Origin: Armatimonadota bacterium
Lineage (GTDB): Bacteria > Sysuimicrobiota > Sysuimicrobiia > Sysuimicrobiales > Humicultoraceae
Assembly: GCA_037443365.1 (NCBI GenBank)
Contig: JBBIOM010000001.1
Coordinates: 91,485 to 155,484 of the forward strand
Direction of reading: 5' to 3'
DNA length: 64,000 nucleotides
A program made the position numbers and the translations under genes. Below the pieces are notes generated by a model. The model had not been told where the DNA came from. It ran no database searches and worked only from the letters and a program-made list of their open reading frames with translations. The first letter of the stretch is position 1. Every line of letters begins with the position of its first letter. Of this stretch, positions 10,588 through 20,534 are shown one piece after another.

Positions 10588-10827
10588 GTGGCCAAGCGTA
10601 TCAAGTCCGGACTCAAGCACCTGCGGAAGTCGGCCAGGCGCGCCCGGGCCAACGTTTCCGTCAAGTCCAGGGTCAAGTCGCTCGTGCGCGGTGGGACCAG
10701 CCCGGAGGCGATCGCGGGGGCGCAGTCCGCCCTTGACAAGGCCGCGGCGCGCCGTGTGATTCATCCCAACACCGCGGCCCGCAGGAAGTCTCGCATGATG
10801 CGCCGCGCCTCGGGCAAGCCCGGCTAG
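10588..10827 (+). CDS. rpsT: 30S ribosomal protein S20
   Basis: 79-aa basic ORF, MAKRIKSGLKHLRKSARRARANVSVKS...HPNTAARRKSR. It is convergent with holA, as in many Firmicutes. Confidence 0.9.
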   Translation: MAKRIKSGLKHLRKSARRARANVSVKSRVKSLVRGGTSPEAIAGAQSALDKAAARRVIHPNTAARRKSRMMRRASGKPG

Positions 10828-11813
10828 CCCCGGGGAGGAGCCCACCGCTGCGCCGCAGGAGACCTGCGGCCGGCGAGGTTGACGATCAGGGTCTCCAGGG
10901 CGAGGCGCGGAGCGCTCCCTGACTTGACGGCGCGGTCCGCGGCCTCGAGCACGCCGAAGATCCCCGCGAACTGGTCGGCCCTATAACCGCGTGCCTGTTC
11001 TGCGATCTTGCGCGCGACGAATGGCGGCACGCCCAGGCGCGCGGCCAGGCCCTCGGACGAGCGGTCCCCCACGGCGGCCTGCGCGCGGGCGATCAGGCGG
11101 AACTGCCGGGCTATCATGAACAGCACCTGAAGCGGCTCGTGCGTCTCCAAGTTGTCGTGCAGGGCGCGAAGAGCACCGGCCACGTCTCCCCCGCCCACCG
11201 CGTCCACCAGCACGAACATCGAGGCTTCGCCCATCTGGCTCGCGATCGCCTCCACGTCCGCCGTGCTCACTTCCGGGCGCTCGCCGACGTAGGCGGCCAC
11301 CTTCGCCACCTCGTTGTGCAGGTCTCGCAGGCTACCCCCTGATATTGCCACCAGCCGCTCCGCCACACCCGGTCCCGGACGCTTGCCCTCCGCCGCAAAC
11401 AGCTTCTCCACCCATTCAGGCCTGTCGCGCGCGGGTATGGGGCGGCACTCTATGACCGCTCCCACGCGCTTGAACGTCAGGAAGAGCCGGCGGCGCCGGT
11501 CCATCTCGCGCGCCATGAAGATGCCGGTGGTGGGGCTGTCGCCTCGCTCGAGATAGGCGATCATCCCCTCGTGGTCGGCCTCGCGCATCGCCTCCATGCG
11601 GCGGACGACGACCACGCGGCGGGGGCCGAAGAACGCCGCCGTGTCCAGCCGGGTCAGCAGCTCGCCCAGGGGCGTCGAGGCGTCGAGTACGTCCAGGTTG
11701 AGCTGCCGGTCGGCGGGCGCGAGCGCCTCATCGAGCAGCCGCGCCAGCGTCGCCTCGGCCAGGTACTCCTCTTCGCCGATGATCAGGATTGGCGCTCTAG
11801 CGCCCTGCTGCAC
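10824..11813 (-). CDS. holA: DNA polymerase III subunit delta
   Basis: 329-aa ORF with HolA length and domain pattern. It sits in the conserved comEC-holA position and overlaps the comEC stop. Confidence 0.75.
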   Translation of the reverse strand: MQQGARAPILIIGEEEYLAEATLARLLDEALAPADRQLNLDVLDASTPLGELLTRLDTAAFFGPRRVVVVRRMEAMREADHEGMIAYLERGDSPTTGIFMAREMDRRRRLFLTFKRVGAVIECRPIPARDRPEWVEKLFAAEGKRPGPGVAERLVAISGGSLRDLHNEVAKVAAYVGERPEVSTADVEAIASQMGEASMFVLVDAVGGGDVAGALRALHDNLETHEPLQVLFMIARQFRLIARAQAAVGDRSSEGLAARLGVPPFVARKIAEQARGYRADQFAGIFGVLEAADRAVKSGSAPRLALETLIVNLAGRRSPAAQRWAPPRG

Positions 11814-14208
11814 CTGCGCGGCTCCTCATCGTGGTTACCTGCCAACGGACCCCATCGCTGTGAAGCGTCACGGCGCCGTCCCTGTCCGTGCGGTAGATCG
11901 TTGCGCCCGCGGCCTCCAGCGTTGCCAGTGTGCCGGGGTGGGGATGCCCGAAGCGGTTGTCGGCCCCCACCGAGATCACGGCGACGCTGGGCCGCACGCC
12001 GGCCACGAACTCCGGCGTGGTCGAGGTGCGGCTGCCGTGGTGCGCCACCTTCAACACCTGGCTGCTCAGCACAACCCCCCGATCCAGGAGATGACGCTCG
12101 ACCCCTGCCTCCACGTCGGCTGTCAGCAGCGCCGCCGTCGCGCCGTAGGTGATTCGGGCCACCGCCGCGTCCGCGTGCGCCGCCTCACCCTCAAGGCGAG
12201 GAGCCGGATCGCACGGATGGAGGATCGCCAGCCCCACCCCCGCTCCCAGGTCGAGGCGCACACCTTCCCTCACACTGCGATGGGCAACCCGCCTGGCCTC
12301 GGCAATCTGGATGAAGCGGGCATACGCAGGGGTAGGTTGGGCAACACCCGGGCCCAGCACGAGTCCGACCGGGATGTTCGTCAGAATGGCGGCCAGTCCT
12401 CCCACGTGATCATCATGGGCGTGAGTGACGATCACCGCATCGAGCCGGCGCACGCCCATCCGGCGCAGGGCCGGCACGACGCGCATCAGGCCCACATCCC
12501 ATCCTGACCGCGCGTCTCCGGGGCCGCCACCTCCGTCGAGCAGCACGGCGCGACCGGCCGGGCTCTGCACCAGGATGGCGTCGCCCTGTCCCACGTCTAG
12601 CACCATGACCACGAGTCCATCCGGCGGACGAAGGCCCGCCGCGCACCAGAGCGCAAGCGAGCAGGCTCCGGCCCCGACAAGCGCCAGCACCTGCGCGCGG
12701 CGCGGCCGCCAGGATCCCGACAGCGCAGCCACCCAGGCCCCCAGGTACATGTACATGACCGCTGCAGCAGCCGGGGATACGACCGGTATCGGCACCACGG
12801 CCCAGCCAAGCGTTCCGAAGCGCGAGCCGATCCAGAGAACGGCGTCCAGCGGCAGGAGCAGCGTCCCGAGCAGGAGATCCCCGAGCGCAGGCACCGCGAT
12901 CGCCACCGCCAGGAGCGCTAGGCCAACCGGGACCAGCGCGGCGATCACCGGTAGGACCAGGGCGTTGGCAAGGACGCCTGCAACGAGCAGCACCTGGAAG
13001 TGGGCGGCGAGCAGGGGCGCCACCGCGATCTGCGCGCCCAGCGTGGCCGCAAGCGCCGGCGCCACCAGCGGTCCCAGCCGGTTCAGGCCGGGGCGCAGCA
13101 CCGGCGCCACGTAGAGCAGGCCCCACGTAGCCGCGAACGAGAGCTGGAAACCGACGTCGAAGAGCACGCGCGGCTGGCTCACCATGAGCACGAGCGCGGC
13201 CGCCCCCAGCGTCGCCGCGCGGTCGGGTCCGCGCCCCACGACCGCGGCGGCCAGGCCGGTGAACGTCATGATCGCGGCCCGCGCCACCGAGGGCGCCCAG
13301 CCAACGAGCAGCGCGAAGAGGCCCACCCCCAGGATGCCTGCGGCCGCGGACGGGAGCAGCGGCAGACCCACCATGCGAACCGCCCATGCGCAGGCAGCGG
13401 CGACGATCGCCACCTGCGCGCCCGAGACCACCATCAGGTGAACCAGCCCGGCGCGCGAGAACGCCTGGTACAGTTCGGGCGGGAGATGGTTCTCGATGCC
13501 AAGGAGCAGGCTGAGCAGCAGGCCGCCGTGAGGCTGGCGAAGCGCCCGCAAGATCCCTGCGACCGCGCGCTCGCGCAGCGCGGCCACGGCCCCGCGCACC
13601 GACCACGTACCCGGGCGAAGCACCGTGATCCCGCCCCCTGGGGAAACACGGATCACGCCCAGCAGTCCCCTGCGTCGCAGCGCTTCGAGCTCGGCGCGCT
13701 CCCCGGGGTTCCCAGCAGGGCGCCCCAGGCGGAAGCGTCCGCGTACGAGGACCTCCGCGCCTACCCCGGCGGAGGGAGGATGGCCTGGGCCCGCAAGCCT
13801 CACCATTCCACCTGCTGGCGGCAGCGGCGGTGCGCGTGGGGACTGCCAGGGCTCCAGCGCCTGGACGCGCATCACCGCGCGCCAGCCCGGCCCAACCGCT
13901 TCGGGCGGGGCCACCACGACGCCGCGCGCCTCTATGTACCGGCCGTCCGCGGCGGCCGGCCACGAGGGCACTAGGCCGGCGAGCAGGATGGCTTGCGCAT
14001 ACGCGAGCCCGGCGAAACAGAGGAGTGAGGCGATCTCACCGGCGCGCGCGGCGCGCGCCAGGAGCGCGCCGGCCCACATTGCCGCGCAGGCTGCGCACAG
14101 GGCGCAGGCTGCGCTGGAGGGCAAGGGCCAGCGATCGGCTGCCAGAAGGCCCAACGCGAACGCCATGGCAGCCCAGGCAATGGGCGGCAGCACCCGAAGC
14201 AGAGGCAC
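11797..14208 (-). CDS. comEC: DNA internalization-related competence protein ComEC/Rec2
   Basis: 803-aa ORF with a multi-TM ComEC domain and a C-terminal metallo-beta-lactamase domain (VLDVGQGDA, THAHDDHVGG, KVAHHGS). Confidence 0.85.
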   Translation of the reverse strand: MPLLRVLPPIAWAAMAFALGLLAADRWPLPSSAACALCAACAAMWAGALLARAARAGEIASLLCFAGLAYAQAILLAGLVPSWPAAADGRYIEARGVVVAPPEAVGPGWRAVMRVQALEPWQSPRAPPLPPAGGMVRLAGPGHPPSAGVGAEVLVRGRFRLGRPAGNPGERAELEALRRRGLLGVIRVSPGGGITVLRPGTWSVRGAVAALRERAVAGILRALRQPHGGLLLSLLLGIENHLPPELYQAFSRAGLVHLMVVSGAQVAIVAAACAWAVRMVGLPLLPSAAAGILGVGLFALLVGWAPSVARAAIMTFTGLAAAVVGRGPDRAATLGAAALVLMVSQPRVLFDVGFQLSFAATWGLLYVAPVLRPGLNRLGPLVAPALAATLGAQIAVAPLLAAHFQVLLVAGVLANALVLPVIAALVPVGLALLAVAIAVPALGDLLLGTLLLPLDAVLWIGSRFGTLGWAVVPIPVVSPAAAAVMYMYLGAWVAALSGSWRPRRAQVLALVGAGACSLALWCAAGLRPPDGLVVMVLDVGQGDAILVQSPAGRAVLLDGGGGPGDARSGWDVGLMRVVPALRRMGVRRLDAVIVTHAHDDHVGGLAAILTNIPVGLVLGPGVAQPTPAYARFIQIAEARRVAHRSVREGVRLDLGAGVGLAILHPCDPAPRLEGEAAHADAAVARITYGATAALLTADVEAGVERHLLDRGVVLSSQVLKVAHHGSRTSTTPEFVAGVRPSVAVISVGADNRFGHPHPGTLATLEAAGATIYRTDRDGAVTLHSDGVRWQVTTMRSRAGAAGR

Positions 14209-14265
14209 CGGCAGTAGCCTCCCCTACAAGAGGTCGGCCCCTGCCGGCGCGAATTGCGGTGTGTG

Positions 14266-16185
14266 CTAGGCCTTGGCGGCGATCTCGTCCGCTAGGCGCT
14301 TCACTAGCAGAGGTGCGGGAATCGGGCCCAGGTCGCCCTCGGCGCGGCCACGCACGGCCACGGCCCCGGATGCGGCCTCCTTGTCCCCCACGACGAGCAT
14401 GTAGGGAATCTGATCCACCTGCGCCTGGCGGATCTTGTAGCTTATGCGCTGGTTAGTGCCGTCAATGCTAGCGCGTATTCCGGCCGCCTCAAGCTGCGCC
14501 AGCACCGCCGCGGCATAGGCGGCATGCCGGTCCGCGATGGGCAGTATCCTCGCCTGCTCCGGCGACAGCCACAGGGGAAACCGGCCCTCGTACGTCTCGA
14601 TCAGAAACGCCACCCACCGTTCCATGGTGCTGGTGACCGCGCGGTGGATCATGACCGGCCGGTGCGCCCGCCCGTCCTCGCCGATGTACTCGAGCGCGAA
14701 CCGCTCGGGCAGCAGGAAGTCGAGCTGGACCGTTGAGAGCGTCTCGTCCTTGCCGGTCGCCGTCGGAACCTGCACGTCAATCTTGGGCCCATAGAACGCG
14801 GCTTCACCCACGGCCTCCCGGTAGGCGACGCCCAGCTCAGCCAGTGCCTCGCGCAGCATGCTCTCGGCCTGGTCCCACAGCGCGTCGTTCTGGATGAACT
14901 TCTCGCGGTCCGCCGGGTCCCGCAGCGAGAGCTGATACCAGCCGCTCGTGATCTTGAAGTCAGCGTACACGCGCTGAATCAGCCGAACCACCCGGATGAT
15001 CTCGTCCTTGATCTGGTCGGCGCGGCAGAAGATGTGGGCGTCGTTCATCAGCATGCCGCGAACGCGGTGCAGCCCGGTCAGGACGCCGGAACGCTCGTAC
15101 CTGTACACCTTGCCCAGCTCGGCGATCCGCACGGGCAGATCGCGATAGGAGCGCTGCTCGTGCAGGTAGATCATGATGTGGTGCGGGCAGTTCATGGGAC
15201 GGAGCACCAGCTCTTCGCTCTCGAGCTTCATCGCGGGATACATGTTCTCGCGGTAGTGATCCCAGTGCCCGGACATCTTGTAGAGCTGCGTGCTGGCGAT
15301 CTCCTGGCTGTAGACGTGCTCGTAGCCGGACGCGAGCTCCAGGTCCACGATGTAGCGCTCGATGACGCGCCGGATCGTCGCGCCCCTGGGCAGCCACAGC
15401 GGCAACCCCTGCCCCACCTCGGGAGAGAGGTGAAACAGCCGCAGCTCCCTGCCGATCCGGCGGTGATCCCTCCGCCGCGCCTCCTCCAGGCGCTGCAGAT
15501 AGCCGTCGAGCTGCTCACTCGTTGGAAAGGAAACCCCGTAGATGCGCGCCAGCATGGGGCGGCGCTCGTCGCCCCGCCAGTAGGCGCCGGAGGTTGACAG
15601 GAGCTTGAAGGCGCGGATGGCGCCCGTGCTCAGCACGTGCGGCCCCCGGCACATGTCGGCAAAACCGTCCTGTCGGTAGAAGGCCACCTCGCCATCAGGG
15701 ATCTCGTCGAGCAGCTCCAGCTTGTAGTCCTCGCCCTGCTCCTCGAAGAGCCGCCGGGCCTCCTCGCGGGAAAGCACCAGGCGTTCGATCGGCATGTCGG
15801 CCTCGGCCAGCTCGCGCATGCGCGCCTCGATGCGAGCCAGATCCTCGGGGCTGAACGGACGCCCCGCGTCGAAATCGTAGTAGAATCCCTCGTCTATCGG
15901 TGGCCCGATCGCCAGCCTGGCCCCGGGAAACAACTGCTTCACGGCCTGCGCCATGAGGTGCGAGGACGAGTGCCAGTACACCTCGCGGCCTGCCGGATCG
16001 TCGAACGTCACGAACTCGACACGCGCGTCGGAGTCGAGCCGCCACCGGAGATCGCGGAGTCGTCCGTCAACCAACGCCGCGAGCGCCCCGTCGGGACCAA
16101 ACCGCGCGGCGAGTTCCCCGGCGGTGATCCCGACAGGCACCTCGTGCTTGGCGCCGCCCGGCAGCGTGACGTGAATCAATTCCAT
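14266..16185 (-). CDS. thrS: threonine--tRNA ligase
   Basis: ORF 14266..16317 trimmed to MELIHVTLPGG at ATG 16185. It has a TGS domain, the editing-domain HSSSHLMAQA motif, a class-II catalytic core and an anticodon-binding domain. Confidence 0.9.
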   Translation of the reverse strand: MELIHVTLPGGAKHEVPVGITAGELAARFGPDGALAALVDGRLRDLRWRLDSDARVEFVTFDDPAGREVYWHSSSHLMAQAVKQLFPGARLAIGPPIDEGFYYDFDAGRPFSPEDLARIEARMRELAEADMPIERLVLSREEARRLFEEQGEDYKLELLDEIPDGEVAFYRQDGFADMCRGPHVLSTGAIRAFKLLSTSGAYWRGDERRPMLARIYGVSFPTSEQLDGYLQRLEEARRRDHRRIGRELRLFHLSPEVGQGLPLWLPRGATIRRVIERYIVDLELASGYEHVYSQEIASTQLYKMSGHWDHYRENMYPAMKLESEELVLRPMNCPHHIMIYLHEQRSYRDLPVRIAELGKVYRYERSGVLTGLHRVRGMLMNDAHIFCRADQIKDEIIRVVRLIQRVYADFKITSGWYQLSLRDPADREKFIQNDALWDQAESMLREALAELGVAYREAVGEAAFYGPKIDVQVPTATGKDETLSTVQLDFLLPERFALEYIGEDGRAHRPVMIHRAVTSTMERWVAFLIETYEGRFPLWLSPEQARILPIADRHAAYAAAVLAQLEAAGIRASIDGTNQRISYKIRQAQVDQIPYMLVVGDKEAASGAVAVRGRAEGDLGPIPAPLLVKRLADEIAAKA

Positions 16186-16207
16186 CGCGTCTCCCCCCAC
16201 ACCACCC

Positions 16208-16693
16208 CTAGCGGTAGTGGCGCGTGTTCTGGCGCCACACCTCGGCCACGACGCCGCCGCCCACCAAGAAGACCTTGACGACGGGCATGAACATCTCGTC
16301 GGGCGGGATGCCCGCATCTACCCTGACCTTCTGGAACCCCGCGGCCAGGTCCAACGCCCACCGGTTGCGCGCCTCCTCCGGCTGCTCTACCCAGGTATCC
16401 GGAACAACCGCGCGCAGGATGGACGGGGTGTCAAGCGACAGCTCGCGCAGCGTCGGATCGGCCTTCTTCTTCTCCGCGATGAACCGGTCCACCGCTGCCT
16501 TGTACTCGGCGCTGCCCTCGATCTGCTGGACGCGCGCGAAGCCGGCTCGTCCGGCCGGGGTCGCTGCGCCGCCGCTCGGCGCCGCCGGCTGCGGACCCGA
16601 CCGGCAGCCCGAGGTTGCCATCGTCATCGCCAGGAGGACGGCCACCAACAGGACACGCCCTCCGAACCGACCTGCATGGCCCACTCCGGTCAC
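16208..16693 (-). CDS. putative lipoprotein (hypothetical)
   Basis: ORF 16208..16858 trimmed to GTG 16693. This gives a signal peptide plus lipobox: VTGVGHAGRFGGRVLLVAVLLAMTMATSG-C. No family recognised. Confidence 0.5.
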   Translation of the reverse strand: MTGVGHAGRFGGRVLLVAVLLAMTMATSGCRSGPQPAAPSGGAATPAGRAGFARVQQIEGSAEYKAAVDRFIAEKKKADPTLRELSLDTPSILRAVVPDTWVEQPEEARNRWALDLAAGFQKVRVDAGIPPDEMFMPVVKVFLVGGGVVAEVWRQNTRHYR

Positions 16694-17153
16694 GTCGTTG
16701 CCTCCCCTCGTATGGCGCTCCTGGAAGCCAGCAAACAGACGCGCCCGCCCCAGTGAGGGGCGGGCGCGCCGCGGTTCCACCCTCGCAACCGCCCGGGACC
16801 ACTTCGCCGCGCCCTCTGCGGCCGTTCCCAGACGCTCATCGCGCGTTCTCGGGCGCACCCGGCGGCCTGGGCGATGATCGCCTCTGCGATCACCCTTCGT
16901 CCGCTGCTCAGAGGGGGTATTCCGCCGGCCCGTCCGGCAGGGCTCTCAGCCAGGACCCTGCCTCTCTCGTCCCACCCGCCCCCGGGCGGCCAGAACGGCT
17001 CCTCGGCGTACTCGTCCTCGTCGTCGCCGGTCTTCAGGGTCATATTAGGCACCCCATCCTGCGGTGTCAATTCGCCGGGCCAGAGGTCGCTGCAAGAGGC
17101 GCAGTCCCATCGTGGATTGCAGGAGTCCACGCCGGCGTACCGAACAGCCCGGC

Positions 17154-17546
17154 ATGTGCACCACGGCGCTCGCCCTGGTATCCGTCTTCCTGACCGCAAC
17201 GGCGGTTCCAGCCCTCGCAACTGAGGACCGTGCCACAATCGCCAGGAACCTGGCCGAGAACGTCCTGGGCAAGGGAACGGTACGCACCAGCAGGATGGCG
17301 AACGGCGAGCGGACCGTAATGATGGTCTGGGAATCGGCCACCTACAAACCCGCCAACCCGCAAGCCAGGACACGAGACCTGCTGCGAGCCGAGGTGCATC
17401 TCGTAACCGAAGGGATCTTCCGGGTGATGACCTCGGTGCAGGACGTGCAGTTCGAGATCGTGCTGGGCAAGAGGTCGCTGGCCTCAGGGGCCGCCCGACG
17501 CGCCCAGCCCATGAGCATCACCTACGCCCGCGATCTGGGCGGGTAG
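17154..17546 (+). CDS. hypothetical secreted protein
   Basis: ORF 17064..17546 trimmed to MCTTALALVSVFLTATAVPALA, a signal-peptide-like N-terminus. No family recognised. Confidence 0.45.
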   Translation: MCTTALALVSVFLTATAVPALATEDRATIARNLAENVLGKGTVRTSRMANGERTVMMVWESATYKPANPQARTRDLLRAEVHLVTEGIFRVMTSVQDVQFEIVLGKRSLASGAARRAQPMSITYARDLGG

Positions 17547-17577
17547 CTCAAACGACCTTCCCTTCCGAACTCCCGGG

Positions 17578-17652
17578 TGGTGGGCGCTGCAGGGCTTGAA
17601 CCTGCGACCTCCTCTGCGTCAGAGAGGCGCTCTTCCACTGAGCTAAGCGCCC
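17578..17652 (-). tRNA. tRNA-Val (anticodon GAC), CCA encoded
   Basis: The reverse strand GGGCGCTTAGCTCAGTGGAAGAGCGCCTCTCTGACGCAGAGGAGGTCGCAGGTTCAAGCCCTGCAGCGCCCACCA folds as a cloverleaf. It has a 7-bp acceptor stem, a GCAGG/CCTGC T-stem with a TTCAAGC loop, and an anticodon loop CTGACGC. Confidence 0.9.
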
Positions 17653-17777
17653 GGGCAGTCGTGGCGTTGCACGCGATGCGACTCCATTATAGGGACGGGC
17701 CGCACCGGAGGCAACCTGCCCCGGGCGTTCGCCCGATCACAGGAAAGCGGACGGCACGGCGCGAACGTGGCAGCATC

Positions 17778-19634
17778 ATGAGAACACTCCTGGTACTCCT
17801 TGCTGTCCTGGCGGCCGTAGGCGGACCCGCGGCCGAGGCCTGGGGCAAGTCCTACGACCACCCTGCGATTGATGTCTTATTCCGCCTTCTCCCCGACGGG
17901 GATGCGGAGGTCGAGGAGATACGCGCGTTCCGGTTCCAGGGATCGTTCTCGTGGGCGGAGATCCGGCGCAGGACGGCCGGGCAGTACGGGACCTACGGCA
18001 TCAGGTACGCCGGGGTCTGGGACGCCGACAGCGGCGAGGCGATGATGTTCAAGCAGTCCTCCGACGGGGCCGAGGAGGTCCTGCGGTGGAGCTACAGCGC
18101 CGCGGACACCACGAAGCGCTTTCGGATTCGGTACCGCATCTCGGGCGCGGTGCAGCGCTACGCCGACGTGGCGCAGTTCTACTGGCAGGCGATCGAGGGG
18201 GACCACGCGCCCATCGGACGGGTCAGGATCACCTTGCGGGCGCCGGAGGCCAGCCCCAACCTGTTCAAGGTCTTCGTGCACGGCAAGGCCCGTCCGGGTG
18301 AACTCCGAATCGCCCAGGACCACAAGAGTGCTGAGATCACGCAGTCAGACATCCCCGAGACCTCTTTCGTCGAGGTGCGGGTCCTGCTGGATCCCGCGCT
18401 CTTCCCGCGCGCGGCGCTGCGTGAGGGCCAAAGCCACGAGAGCCTGCTCGCGGACGAGCGCCGCCAGTCCGAGGGAGACCGGCGGCAGATGCTGTGGATC
18501 CTGGCGGCCGTGGCCGCGGCGCTGGTTGTTACGGGAGGCCTCATCGGCGCATACGCGTGGACATACGCGCGCTACGGCCGAGAGCCGCAGGTGGCCTACG
18601 AGGGGATCTACGAGCGCGAGCCTCCGCGGGCGATCCCGCCCGCGGTCGTGCCCGCGATCCTCACGCAGTCGGGTGTCAGGAACACCGACATGCCACAGGG
18701 CTTCGCAGCCACCCTGCTCGAGGCCGCACGCCTCGGATACCTCGAGATCGAGCACCGGCAGGGGCGCGGGCTGCTGGGCACGGGCCTGCTGCGCGACGAC
18801 GACCTGATCTACCGGCTCACCGACAAGGGACGCGACCTCCTGTCCGGGCAAGCGCCGCAGGGTCCGGCCCGGGGTCGGGCCCTCGAGGAGTTCGAGGTGA
18901 AGGTCCTGGAGGCAGCCTTCCGCGACGCCGGCAAGGACGACGAGGTGACCAGCGACGAGATCGAGGCATGGGGCAAGCGCATCACCGGGAGCAAGAGCAA
19001 CTTCCTGCGCTTCATCGAGGGATGGGGGCCTGACCTGCGCAAGTGGTTCGAGCACAAGTACTTCCGCCTGGACGACGCGGCCAGCGAGCGGGCCAAGGTG
19101 CGGTTCATCGTGGGCACGGTCATCGCAATGATCGCGGCCTCCGTCTTGACGATGGGCGCCGCCGCGTTCGCGGCCGTTCCCGTGGGCGTGGTGCTCGTCC
19201 TCATGGCTGTCAAGGCGCTCTCGCGCCGCACCCCGGAGGCCGCCCTCGAGGTCAAGCGCTGGGAAGCCTTCCGACGCTTCATGGCCGACTTCTCGGCCAT
19301 GAAGGAAGCCGGGCCGGGCCTGCTCGCGCTGTGGGAGACCTACCTCGTGTACGCCACGGCACTGGGCGTGGCCGAGGAGCTGCTCAAGAACCTGAAGCTC
19401 GTGGCCGCGGAGTTCGGCACGAGCGCGTTCCATCCGATCTGGATGCGCGCCGCCTCGGCTGATGGTCGCAGCGGGCAGGCGCTCGCCGGGTTGGGGTCGC
19501 TGGAGACGCTGGCCAAGTCGCTTCAGAACTTCCAGAACCTGTCGCGCGCGCTGTCCAGTTCGTCGGGCAGCGGCGGGGGTTTCAGCGGAGGCGGCGGGGG
19601 CGGAGGCGGCGGAGGCAGCAGCCGGGCCGGGTAG
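17778..19634 (+). CDS. DUF2207 domain-containing membrane protein
   Basis: ORF 17577..19634 trimmed to MRTLLVLLAVLAAVGGPAAEA at ATG 17778, because the 5' extension overlaps the tRNA. It has an N-terminal extracytoplasmic domain, TM helices, and the family-typical Gly-rich tail SGGGFSGGGGGGGGGGSS. Confidence 0.7.
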   Translation: MRTLLVLLAVLAAVGGPAAEAWGKSYDHPAIDVLFRLLPDGDAEVEEIRAFRFQGSFSWAEIRRRTAGQYGTYGIRYAGVWDADSGEAMMFKQSSDGAEEVLRWSYSAADTTKRFRIRYRISGAVQRYADVAQFYWQAIEGDHAPIGRVRITLRAPEASPNLFKVFVHGKARPGELRIAQDHKSAEITQSDIPETSFVEVRVLLDPALFPRAALREGQSHESLLADERRQSEGDRRQMLWILAAVAAALVVTGGLIGAYAWTYARYGREPQVAYEGIYEREPPRAIPPAVVPAILTQSGVRNTDMPQGFAATLLEAARLGYLEIEHRQGRGLLGTGLLRDDDLIYRLTDKGRDLLSGQAPQGPARGRALEEFEVKVLEAAFRDAGKDDEVTSDEIEAWGKRITGSKSNFLRFIEGWGPDLRKWFEHKYFRLDDAASERAKVRFIVGTVIAMIAASVLTMGAAAFAAVPVGVVLVLMAVKALSRRTPEAALEVKRWEAFRRFMADFSAMKEAGPGLLALWETYLVYATALGVAEELLKNLKLVAAEFGTSAFHPIWMRAASADGRSGQALAGLGSLETLAKSLQNFQNLSRALSSSSGSGGGFSGGGGGGGGGGSSRAG

Positions 19635-19678
19635 GTCCGGCTGCCCAGGACGCCTGGGGATCGCACTGTCGGGGACGA

Positions 19679-20527
19679 CTACCTGCCTGCCTTGGCCCAG
19701 CGCTCGAGCGCCCGGACGCCCGCTGACCCGACCAGCGTCATCATCAGGTAGAGCAGCGCCACCATGTTATAGGTCTCGAAGGCGCGGAAGGTCCGGGCCG
19801 AGAGCAGTCGGCCTGCCTGCGTCAACTCCGGTACGGCTATCGCCGAGGCCAGGGCCGAGTCCTTCAGCAGCGCGATGAGGTCGTTGCCCAGCGGCGGCAG
19901 GACGACGCGCAGCGCCTGGGGCAGGATCACAAAGCGCATCGCCTGCCCGTAGGAGAGACCCAACGAGCGGGCGGCCTCGGTCTGCCCCTTGGGAATGGAC
20001 TCGATCCCGGCGCGGTAGATCTCGGCCAGGTACGCCCCGTATCCGATCGCCAGACCCAGTATCGCCCTGTTGAGGTCGCTCCGGATGAGCCGGGTAATGA
20101 TCTCGGCCGCGCCGTGGAAGCCCAACGCCCGGGCGGCTCCGGAGAGCGCGGCCGAGACAAGGGGCGCGGCCACGAACGCGATGTAGATCAGCAGAACGAG
20201 CAGGGGAACCCCGCGCACAACCTCCACGTACAGGGTCGCCGCGGTGTTGATGACAGGCCGCCGGGACAGCCGCATCAGCCCTGCCACCAGCCCGATCACC
20301 AGGGCCAGCGCGTAGGCCGCGAACGTCAGGCGCAGGGTGAGAAGCACCCCGTCCCACAGGAAGGCCAGGGTCTCCTGATAGACGCGGGAGCCGGCTACCA
20401 CAAAGGCGATGCCGGCTCCCGCCGTCAGCAGCACGAGCACCCACCAGGGAAACCGCTCGAGGGCGGACGGGGCAAGCCTGCTGTGGCCGCCGAGGCCGCC
20501 TGCGGACGGTGGGTGACCGGTGGTCAC
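19679..20527 (-). CDS. amino acid ABC transporter permease (HisM/GlnP type)
   Basis: 282-aa ORF with a polar amino-acid permease signature (EAARSLGLSYGQAMRFVILPQALRVVLPPLGN). Follows the binding-protein gene. Confidence 0.85.
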   Translation of the reverse strand: MTTGHPPSAGGLGGHSRLAPSALERFPWWVLVLLTAGAGIAFVVAGSRVYQETLAFLWDGVLLTLRLTFAAYALALVIGLVAGLMRLSRRPVINTAATLYVEVVRGVPLLVLLIYIAFVAAPLVSAALSGAARALGFHGAAEIITRLIRSDLNRAILGLAIGYGAYLAEIYRAGIESIPKGQTEAARSLGLSYGQAMRFVILPQALRVVLPPLGNDLIALLKDSALASAIAVPELTQAGRLLSARTFRAFETYNMVALLYLMMTLVGSAGVRALERWAKAGR

Positions 20528-20534
20528 GCGCTCC

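Noticed and set aside
12413-13963. 516-aa minus-strand ORF in an alternate frame of comEC
   Set aside because: It is extremely Arg/Gly/Ala/Pro-rich. The overlapping 803-aa frame carries the real ComEC and metallo-beta-lactamase motifs.
17577-17777. 5' extension of the DUF2207 ORF
   Set aside because: It reads through the complement of tRNA-Val. A signal-peptide-bearing Met at 17778 is the sensible start.
19556-19625. GGC/GGA-rich repeat resembling a tandem repeat
   Set aside because: It is the in-frame Gly-rich C-terminal tail typical of DUF2207 proteins, not an independent repeat element or CRISPR.
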